From positions 46,271 through 110,270 of the IMG/VR virus record IMGVR_UViG_3300021087_000857: 64,000 nucleotides of DNA; one strand, 5' to 3'. The notes below the pieces were generated by a model. That model was given only the letters and a program-made list of their open reading frames with translations. It did not search any database and was not told the DNA's origin. Numbering within the stretch: position 1 is the first letter of the stretch; each line of letters starts with the position of its first letter. The position numbers and the translations under genes are program-made. Origin of the DNA: a virus. This document shows positions 57,916 to 64,000 of this stretch, in pieces.

Positions 57916-58122
57916 TTAAACTCCAGTTATTTCTACTTCTTCTGTCATGTAATCGATAACGTCATTAACATCATCAAAACCCATTAATGCCCAATTTTCA
58001 TCAGCATCTTGTATTTCTTTAATTGCTTGACTTTGTGTAATAAAGCCTTTTTGCAATCTTTCAGTAACTTCGTTTAGCTTATCTTCGGCTTTGTCCCAAG
58101 CCCATTGCATTGTTTTTGACAT
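57916..58122 (-). CDS. small acidic early protein
   Basis: Follows cassette C. Confidence 0.7.
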   Translation of the reverse strand: MSKTMQWAWDKAEDKLNEVTERLQKGFITQSQAIKEIQDADENWALMGFDDVNDVIDYMTEEVEITGV

Positions 58123-58156
58123 AAAGTACCTTTCTTTTTAGTGTTAATATAGTTAT

Positions 58157-58235
58157 ATTATAGCAAGATTTCTTGGTATTGTCAACCTTTTATTTAAGAA
58201 AAAACCCTTGTAAAACTGTTGTAATACAAGGGTTT
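58157..58235 (-). promoter_or_regulatory. terminator + early promoter cassette (copy C)
   Basis: AAACCCTTGTA/TACAAGGGTTT hairpin; AAAGGTTGACAATACCAAGAAATCTTGCTATAAT. Confidence 0.85.
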
Positions 58236-58262
58236 AGTTAGTAAATTGAAAAAACTTTACAT

Positions 58263-58484
58263 TTAGTCACGATCAAATAACTTCCACAGAATAGCTGCAG
58301 CGATTAGACCAGTAAGACCAGCTGCACCTAATTGTCCAACGATTCCAATTACAGTACCGATTACATCGCCACCTAAGAAAGGAACAGAACCACCGAATAC
58401 GATTTGTAGAACGATAGCAAGACCAATTAGCATTACGCCAATATCCATAGCACCATGAACGGCACCTTTGATTTTATCTAACAT
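58263..58484 (-). CDS. small Gly-rich membrane protein, probably highly expressed
   Basis: Hydrophobic 73-aa ORF; AGGAG RBS; GGT/GCT/ATC/TTC codon bias. Confidence 0.8.
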   Translation of the reverse strand: MLDKIKGAVHGAMDIGVMLIGLAIVLQIVFGGSVPFLGGDVIGTVIGIVGQLGAAGLTGLIAAAILWKLFDRD

Positions 58485-58503
58485 AGTTTTCTCCTATATT
58501 TTA

Positions 58504-58560
58504 TTTTTACGTGACCGACCAATTCTTCGTCATTGCTTCTGCGATCACATCAGAGCAATT
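58504..58560 (-). ncRNA. candidate structured 5' leader (hairpin + pseudoknot)
   Basis: Stem AUUGCUCUG/CAG(A)AGCAAU; loop AUGUGAUCG complementary to downstream CGGUCACGU. Confidence 0.4.
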
Positions 58561-58603
58561 AATTTCTTTAATCACTAGTATATTTAAGTGATTTTATCCC
58601 CTT

Positions 58604-58626
58604 TTAACAGTAAAGTTTACTGTTAA
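58604..58626. repeat. 23-bp inverted repeat (11-bp arms, 1-nt centre)
   Basis: TTAACAGTAAA-G-TTTACTGTTAA. Confidence 0.8.
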
Positions 58627-58635
58627 TAAAATTCT

Positions 58636-58794
58636 CTATGCGTATTGTTTTAATGTTGATTCTGCCGCCGCTTCGGCTAAAAGTTTAACTTCTGAATCTG
58701 TTAAACTAGGTGACATCTTTTTAATTTTAAATGTCCACTTTTCAAGTAAAGTTTCATAATCCATTTCTGGTTTAACTTCATTTGGTACTACCAT
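58636..58794 (-). CDS. small hypothetical protein
   Basis: ATG 58794 after GGAG, downstream of a promoter. Confidence 0.6.
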   Translation of the reverse strand: MVVPNEVKPEMDYETLLEKWTFKIKKMSPSLTDSEVKLLAEAAAESTLKQYA

Positions 58795-58815
58795 TTTACT
58801 CTCCGTATATTTAAT

Positions 58816-58843
58816 ATTATACATATGTCAACACTATTGTCAA
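58816..58843 (-). promoter_or_regulatory. sigma70-type promoter
   Basis: AAAGGTTGACA-16-TATAAT with a second TTGACA in the spacer. Confidence 0.6.
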
Positions 58844-58861
58844 CCTTTTGCCTTATCTTTT

Positions 58862-58972
58862 TTAACTAACAACTCCAAATAGCATTAACAAAAATGATAA
58901 AACTATTAGAAATCCAAATATTATAATCAGCCACTTAACGTAACTAACAACAAATTCAATTAGCAAATTCAT
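58862..58972 (-). CDS. small membrane peptide (36 aa, not in track)
   Basis: MNLLIEFVVSYVKWLIIIFGFLIVLSFLLMLFGVVS*; ATGA-coupled. Confidence 0.45.
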   Translation of the reverse strand: MNLLIEFVVSYVKWLIIIFGFLIVLSFLLMLFGVVS

Positions 58973-59151
58973 TTACTTACTACTTTCACTTGATTATAAA
59001 ATGTATGTATTGCATCATTGGCAAATGTCATTGCCATTTTATGTGCTTCTATTTGATCTTCTAATTTGCTTACCTTACCTGCTTCAACACTACTAATGAA
59101 TGCAAATATAATTGCGAATGTTATTGCTACTGCTATGATTATATTTTTCAT
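58969..59151 (-). CDS. small secreted or membrane protein
   Basis: Signal-like N-terminus. Confidence 0.6.
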   Translation of the reverse strand: MKNIIIAVAITFAIIFAFISSVEAGKVSKLEDQIEAHKMAMTFANDAIHTFYNQVKVVSK

Positions 59152-59570
59152 ATAGTCTCCTGAACTGCTTTTTTAACTTCAAGTGGATTGGGTACCATTT
59201 TAAATACTACAGTTTGTGATCCAGTTCCACTAAACACTAAGTCTCCGTAACCAAATATCCTGCCTTGTATACCTTGTACAACATCTACACCTTCAATTTT
59301 CTTTGTGTAAAGTTCGTCTGTTTTTCTTCGTATCCAACCAGTTTTAAACATTACTTTTTTATTAGTAACTCCATACTCTGTAGTCCATCTATAAAAGTGT
59401 GCCATAATTGGAAAAATAACAGTTAGTAAAGAAAGTCCAGCAGTTATTGGTGCCATAAAAATTCCTACTACTACAAATAGTATATATGGACCAACTAACG
59501 ACCATTTACTTACTTTTGGATTTGAAACTACTGTTTCGTTGCTAGATAATGTTTTATTTAAATATTTCAT
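59148..59570 (-). CDS. membrane protein with bacterial PH (bPH_2) domain
   Basis: TEYGVTNKKV, KIEGVDVVQG, GRIFGYGD. Confidence 0.8.
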   Translation of the reverse strand: MKYLNKTLSSNETVVSNPKVSKWSLVGPYILFVVVGIFMAPITAGLSLLTVIFPIMAHFYRWTTEYGVTNKKVMFKTGWIRRKTDELYTKKIEGVDVVQGIQGRIFGYGDLVFSGTGSQTVVFKMVPNPLEVKKAVQETI

Positions 59571-59571
59571 A

Positions 59572-59805
59572 TTAAGATTCCTTTTTAGGTTGATAATTTT
59601 TTGGTAAACGACCGCCTGCTTCTAAGCATTCGTCTAATGTTTCATATGCAGTAAAGTTCTTTGTTCTATTATAATAAGAACTATCTGTAGCATGACAAAT
59701 TTCACTTTTGCTCATTTTAACTGGTGGCTTAACATCATCAGCAAATGCCGACCCTGCCATAATTGTTAAACAAAACAAACTCATTAAAATTGTAAACTTT
59801 TTCAT
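59572..59805 (-). CDS. small secreted protein
   Basis: Signal peptide; KSEICH...YYNRTKNF...CLEAGGRLP. Confidence 0.7.
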   Translation of the reverse strand: MKKFTILMSLFCLTIMAGSAFADDVKPPVKMSKSEICHATDSSYYNRTKNFTAYETLDECLEAGGRLPKNYQPKKES

Positions 59806-59814
59806 AATATTTTC

Positions 59815-60102
59815 CTAGTTAAATGTGATACCAAAAAACTCATCAGCAATACCAATATCTTTTACTGATACTCTATCACAGCATTTTTCTTCAATACCAA
59901 ACAAATCATGTCCTGCTGGTATAATATCTTGTACTGCATACTCTAAATGATCAACTGCCGCATCTACTCTGTTCATAGCGTCTTGTAAGCCAAATGCTTT
60001 TACATAAACATTATCAACATGTGAACAATCTGCATCAATAGGGCGTATTGTAACCATATATTTTGTCTTAAAACTGTTTAAAAATGCTTTAGAGTTTTTC
60101 AT
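59815..60102 (-). CDS. small early hypothetical protein
   Basis: Follows cassette D; AAGGA RBS. Confidence 0.7.
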   Translation of the reverse strand: MKNSKAFLNSFKTKYMVTIRPIDADCSHVDNVYVKAFGLQDAMNRVDAAVDHLEYAVQDIIPAGHDLFGIEEKCCDRVSVKDIGIADEFFGITFN

Positions 60103-60131
60103 ATCTTTCCTTTATTGTTTAATATGTATAT

Positions 60132-60199
60132 ATTATAACAAGAGTTCTTGGTATTGTCAACCTTTTAGCCATGCTGAAAACCCTTATGTAGTAAGGGTT
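60132..60199 (-). promoter_or_regulatory. terminator + early promoter cassette (copy D)
   Basis: AACCCTTA/TAAGGGTT hairpin; AAAGGTTGACAATACCAAGAACTCTTGTTATAAT. Confidence 0.85.
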
Positions 60200-60217
60200 G
60201 TAAATTTATTTTGATTT

Positions 60218-60940
60218 TTATACTTTTATTTGGGTATTTTTAGAGCTTTTTGCTAGTATTTCGTGTGTTTTTTCTGTTGTCCAGCCTGTTACTTGTAGCA
60301 TAGGGCGGTTTTCCCAACCCATATTGCATGTAGCATGTGGAATATCACGCCATTCCCAAGTAATACATTCACCACGTTTCCATTGGTGCCAATTGCTGTT
60401 ACCTAATGAAAATACCTGTCCGTGTTTCCAATCATCTAACATGATTACAAAACGTCTCATCAGTTCTGGGTTTTTATCTGCGGCTATTTCTGTAAATGTA
60501 TTGCCACGTTCCTTGCGACCTGCAAAGTTATCAATGTGCCAGTTTAGCATTTGTCCTGTGCGTTGATTGTGGAATTTAATTGTATATTCTTCCATGCCAA
60601 AGTATGAGGCAATGTTTTGAAATACTTCAAAATCTTCTGCTTTTGTGCGTTGAAATACTTCCATTTTTGGATCAGCACCAGCACGAATTAAATCTTGTTC
60701 TTCTGCATCAGCAGTATATGTTCTATGATCATCATCTTTAGATAGTTGGTTACGACTAGACCATGAACTGTCAAGAACTCTACCTAAGCATTGTGTTACT
60801 GCATCATCCCAATCGCCTTCAAATGTGCATACGTTCTGGTAATCTTTATTACCTTCTTTTAAAGGATCAAAGTGCCATTGTGATTGAGCTTTGGTAAACT
60901 CCCAACGACTATCTCCCCAATTTTCATTTTTATTTTCCAT
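60218..60940 (-). CDS. 2OG-Fe(II) oxygenase-like (cupin) protein
   Basis: WHID, PHATCN, RPMLQVTG. Confidence 0.65.
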   Translation of the reverse strand: MENKNENWGDSRWEFTKAQSQWHFDPLKEGNKDYQNVCTFEGDWDDAVTQCLGRVLDSSWSSRNQLSKDDDHRTYTADAEEQDLIRAGADPKMEVFQRTKAEDFEVFQNIASYFGMEEYTIKFHNQRTGQMLNWHIDNFAGRKERGNTFTEIAADKNPELMRRFVIMLDDWKHGQVFSLGNSNWHQWKRGECITWEWRDIPHATCNMGWENRPMLQVTGWTTEKTHEILAKSSKNTQIKV

Positions 60941-60973
60941 GTAAGAACCTTTCTAAGTCTTTCGGTAATACAG

Positions 60974-60980
60974 TATTTAT
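60974..60980 (-). promoter_or_regulatory. late-type promoter motif ATAAATA
   Basis: Intergenic, about 35 nt before ATG 60940. Confidence 0.5.
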
Positions 60981-60992
60981 TTAAAAATGGGT

Positions 60993-61247
60993 TTAGCCCC
61001 AATCTTTGAAATCACCAGCTTCTTCGTTGTCTTTATAGCCGGCTTCATATGCCCTAATTTCTGCATCAGACATATCTTCTTGCTCTACTCTAGTACTATC
61101 ATGTGTAGCACCTATGTAATAATGTGGTTTACAACCTCGTCTATAGTAACTATCTGCACCACCTCTATCATATGGACCACCGTGTCTGTCGTCCCATTTA
61201 TTAAGTTTATCTACAGTTTTTTGTACATCAATTCCTAAGTCAGTCAT
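60993..61247 (-). CDS. hypothetical phage protein
   Basis: RHGGPYDRGGADSYYRR...KDWG; AAGGA RBS. Confidence 0.75.
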   Translation of the reverse strand: MTDLGIDVQKTVDKLNKWDDRHGGPYDRGGADSYYRRGCKPHYYIGATHDSTRVEQEDMSDAEIRAYEAGYKDNEEAGDFKDWG

Positions 61248-61256
61248 ACTATTTCC

Positions 61257-61823
61257 TTATGTTATCTTTTTATAGAAGTCTTTTTGATATAAACTTAACA
61301 TTATTGATTGTAGCAATCTTACATATTCTGGACCTTGTTCACTCCAACTTGCTAGATATAATGCTAAATTTATAGGCGTAACACTTTTTATTACTTCTCT
61401 TTGAAACTGCAATTCTTCTCTAAATTGCGAGTAAACAGGAAGTGTATCTAGTATGTGTAAGTAATGTTCTACACTTGCACACCAACTAGTATAAGTTCTT
61501 ACACCCCAAGGAGCATCAGGGGCCCCTTTTGCTTTTAGTTGTGGATCTTCTGGATTCCACGTTCTAATTCCAAACAAGTTATTTCCTTGTACTGCAAATC
61601 TACTATTACCCCATGCACTTTCATGTGCCGCTTGAGCAATAATAAGTTCTAGTGGAACTTGTTTGGTTAATGGATATTTTGTTTCATCTGCATACAGTGA
61701 GTTTACGCAACCTTTTACTTTATATGCAAATTGCTCGTTCGTTACTAATGTTTCTTCTGCTTTTGCATTTGTATAGAAAAATACACCCCATAAAATGCTT
61801 GCAACTATAATTAAGTATTTCAT
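61257..61823 (-). CDS. GH73 glucosaminidase-like peptidoglycan hydrolase
   Basis: IAQAAHESAWGNSRFA, NNLFGI; N-terminal signal/anchor. Confidence 0.85.
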   Translation of the reverse strand: MKYLIIVASILWGVFFYTNAKAEETLVTNEQFAYKVKGCVNSLYADETKYPLTKQVPLELIIAQAAHESAWGNSRFAVQGNNLFGIRTWNPEDPQLKAKGAPDAPWGVRTYTSWCASVEHYLHILDTLPVYSQFREELQFQREVIKSVTPINLALYLASWSEQGPEYVRLLQSIMLSLYQKDFYKKIT

Positions 61824-61861
61824 ATGTATATATTATAGCAAATACTACCCAATGTCAATAC

Positions 61862-62035
61862 CTAATTATCCGCAGTTTTGCTTGGTTTTTCAGTTATTTC
61901 TTCTATTATTTTCTTCTTAATTGGTACTGTAGCAATATCACCAGCAGTAACATTTACAATACCACCTACTGTAAACAATGTTGGACCACATGCAGTAAGC
62001 AATAAAGTAGATAATACTAAAAGAACACGAATCAT
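61862..62035 (-). CDS. small lipoprotein (57 aa, not in track)
   Basis: MIRVLLVLSTLLLTAC lipobox; coupled to the polymerase stop. Confidence 0.6.
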   Translation of the reverse strand: MIRVLLVLSTLLLTACGPTLFTVGGIVNVTAGDIATVPIKKKIIEEITEKPSKTADN

Positions 62036-64000
62036 TAAAACTCAAATAAGTTGTTAAATGTATTTTTGGCTGCCGCTTTATCTAAATCCCAATCTAGTAC
62101 ACCTAGTAGGTTTTCTAATTTTTTACTAACAACTACTGTTTCCATATGATCATCATCAAAAGGAAGATCTAAAAACCATTGTGGAAGACGTGTTTCATCT
62201 GTAGGATATCCTACACTTGTCATTCCAAGTGGATTATCTTTGAGTCTACAAACAACAGTTTTCATGCCATCTACTATTTCATTAGCATAATTATCACTGT
62301 TAATCTCACGCAACTTATTCCAGTTAAGTGCCGCAGTAACATGACCAGGCATTGCTGGCTTTTTAATATCAGCAGTTGTTTTATTATTGTTGTGTGCTAC
62401 TTTACGATCTCTTTCAAACTTTGACATTAGTCCACGATACTTTGTTAAGTTATTCACACGCTTAGGCGAACCTTTTTCCCAACTAGGCTTTTCTCTGTAG
62501 CTCTTACGAAACTCAATAATTTTATCAAGTATCTCTTGTTCTTCTGCACCAGTTAGTACTTCAAGTAATACATCTTTTAAAAAGTCTTGCATCCAAGGTG
62601 GTGTATCACTACGCTTTAAATCTAAGCCCATTGCTTTAATATAACCTGCACTACCGTCTACATCTTCACGTTTGCCTTCGTTATCAAACACTAGCATTGC
62701 ATAACGTTTCTTTGTAATAAACAAACCTGCACTTCCAACCATTTCTCTACCTGCGGCAATAATTGCACCTAAGTCTAATGTTGTATGGAAAGTCCTACTC
62801 ATAAAGCCAGGAAATGTTTTGTTTACTTCTTCGCAAATTGCATCATAGTAGTCAATGATAGTATCTTTGTCCCATTTGATTTCGTTGTTTTTAATTTGAT
62901 CTTTTAGCATAGGATACGAACTAAAATAAGTAGAGTCAGTATCACCATACACAATTGCTTTGCCTTGATGATCATATTCGCCTGCAATAATCTTATTAAG
63001 CTCTGCAGCCATATGTTTTGCAATACAACGACCTGTTAATGTAGTTGATTGTCCTAGCCTACTGTCAAAGAATCTACTGCCAGGATTAAGTAACGCACCA
63101 TACAAACTGTTCAAGTTAATCTTTTTAACTAGCTGTCGTTTGTCCCAAAACGCAAACTTATCTCCACCTTCTGCTCTAGCATCACGAGCCTTTGCTTGTA
63201 GTTCTTTACGCTCTGCATACCAACGCTCTAGTAGTCCAGGAATAATACCTTTTTTCTCGTATGTAAAGATAGTTCCGTTAGCACTAATAATCCAAGGTTG
63301 TCCACTGTTAAAGATAATTTCATATATCTCTGCACCAGTGGCATCAAAACTAGTTCCATCTTCAAAGTCTAAATGTAGCAATTCGTCAATGTTTTTATCA
63401 ATCACAAGTTCATATTCTCTACATGCAAACTTTCCTTCCCATGCTTCAGCAACTGTACGAGCATTTTGTATCATTTCTTTTGTATGTGTATGCCTTACTT
63501 GACCAATAATAGTTTCAGTACTCATATTACAACTACGAATAATACTAGGATATAGACTGTTCAAGTCAATACTTCCAACCCATTTGTGCATACCTTTTTT
63601 AGGTGTTGCAACATAGGCACCTGCGGCCTGTGTTGAATCTCTGTCGTAACGCTTGTCAGGAACAATTAAGCCTTTAGTATGTGCTTCGTTAATAATTGCT
63701 TGGTCTGTTTGTGCAACCGCACCCATTGTTGTTTGTAGCAACACTGTGTTAGAATGTGCTAACACATTTGCTAAGTCAATAAACTGTAGCTTCTTGTCTA
63801 AATTTACAAGCAAGTCAACATCTTGTCTCGAATAAGCAATAAACTTTTCAAAGTCATTGTTGTATAGTTGATCCAGTGTACCTTCATAATCTACTTTGCG
63901 ATCACCTAATTCATATTCACCAATTGCATCTAGAGAATAACTGTGCATTTCGTGATATGTATACTTTCTATACAATTGCATATAGTCCATGTGTACACGA
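62035..64000 (-). CDS. family B DNA polymerase (T4 gp43-like), 5' end outside window
   Basis: SLDAIG..ELG, YSRQDV (exo III), DLNSLYPS, KINLNSLYG, YGDTDS, KKRY. Confidence 0.96.
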   Translation of the reverse strand, partial: RVHMDYMQLYRKYTYHEMHSYSLDAIGEYELGDRKVDYEGTLDQLYNNDFEKFIAYSRQDVDLLVNLDKKLQFIDLANVLAHSNTVLLQTTMGAVAQTDQAIINEAHTKGLIVPDKRYDRDSTQAAGAYVATPKKGMHKWVGSIDLNSLYPSIIRSCNMSTETIIGQVRHTHTKEMIQNARTVAEAWEGKFACREYELVIDKNIDELLHLDFEDGTSFDATGAEIYEIIFNSGQPWIISANGTIFTYEKKGIIPGLLERWYAERKELQAKARDARAEGGDKFAFWDKRQLVKKINLNSLYGALLNPGSRFFDSRLGQSTTLTGRCIAKHMAAELNKIIAGEYDHQGKAIVYGDTDSTYFSSYPMLKDQIKNNEIKWDKDTIIDYYDAICEEVNKTFPGFMSRTFHTTLDLGAIIAAGREMVGSAGLFITKKRYAMLVFDNEGKREDVDGSAGYIKAMGLDLKRSDTPPWMQDFLKDVLLEVLTGAEEQEILDKIIEFRKSYREKPSWEKGSPKRVNNLTKYRGLMSKFERDRKVAHNNNKTTADIKKPAMPGHVTAALNWNKLREINSDNYANEIVDGMKTVVCRLKDNPLGMTSVGYPTDETRLPQWFLDLPFDDDHMETVVVSKKLENLLGVLDWDLDKAAAKNTFNNLFEF

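Noticed and set aside
58525-58560. Hammerhead ribozyme (CUGAUG...GAAG)
   Set aside because: The core needs CUGANGA and GAAA with three stems; these are not present.
61832-61858. sigma70 promoter upstream of the GH73 gene
   Set aside because: TTGACA to TATAAT spacing is only 15 nt (17 nt to a weaker TAATAT), so it is plausible but was not listed.
36664-63835. Long antisense ORFs in the track (e.g. 36664-37041, 49032-49442, 63140-63502)
   Set aside because: They are shadows of well-supported genes on the opposite strand, with no RBS or motifs.
1-64000. tRNA, rRNA, CRISPR array, transposase or integrase
   Set aside because: No cloverleaf with a T-loop motif, no regular repeat-spacer array and no such enzyme motifs were seen by eye.
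1-64000. Stop-codon reassignment or selenocysteine readthrough
   Set aside because: Standard-code ORFs tile the window with coupled starts and stops, and TAA, TAG and TGA all end full-length proteins.

Overview
This window is a gene-dense, AT-rich segment of a large T4-like (probably jumbo) dsDNA myophage. Evidence: a family-B DNA polymerase, a gp44-type clamp loader, thyX, a MazG-like protein, GroES, sigma70-type early promoters and (T)ATAAATA late-type promoters. An alphaproteobacterial marine host is inferred from the prs, fdxA, pepA and NifU-like genes but is not proven. Genes run mostly on + to about 34.93 kb and on - after that. The main feature is an array at about 9.4-34.7 kb of 14 radical-SAM genes, with a 15th at 46-47 kb. 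Eleven of the 15 carry their SPASM/twitch-like Cys domain in front of the radical-SAM core rather than behind it. The array is interleaved with an amidinotransferase, a PLP enzyme, an SDR, Fe(II) oxygenases (one Kdo-hydroxylase-like), a sulfotransferase-like protein and an MTA/SAH nucleosidase-like protein. The - strand arm encodes a plausible support system: Fe-S proteins (IscA, NifU-like, SufT, FdxA) and adenine salvage (Apt, Prs). Other signals read from the DNA: a radical-SAM gene split around another radical-SAM gene; a lipoprotein ORF overprinted on a radical-SAM gene; a 13-bp hairpin hiding the RBS and ATG of an HtrA gene next to a late-type promoter; four terminator+promoter cassettes with a palindrome in the promoter spacer; a MotA/TolQ/ExbB-like membrane triad; and a pseudoknot-capable 5' leader. 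No tRNA, rRNA or CRISPR array was seen. All functional calls come from motif recognition, with no database searches.
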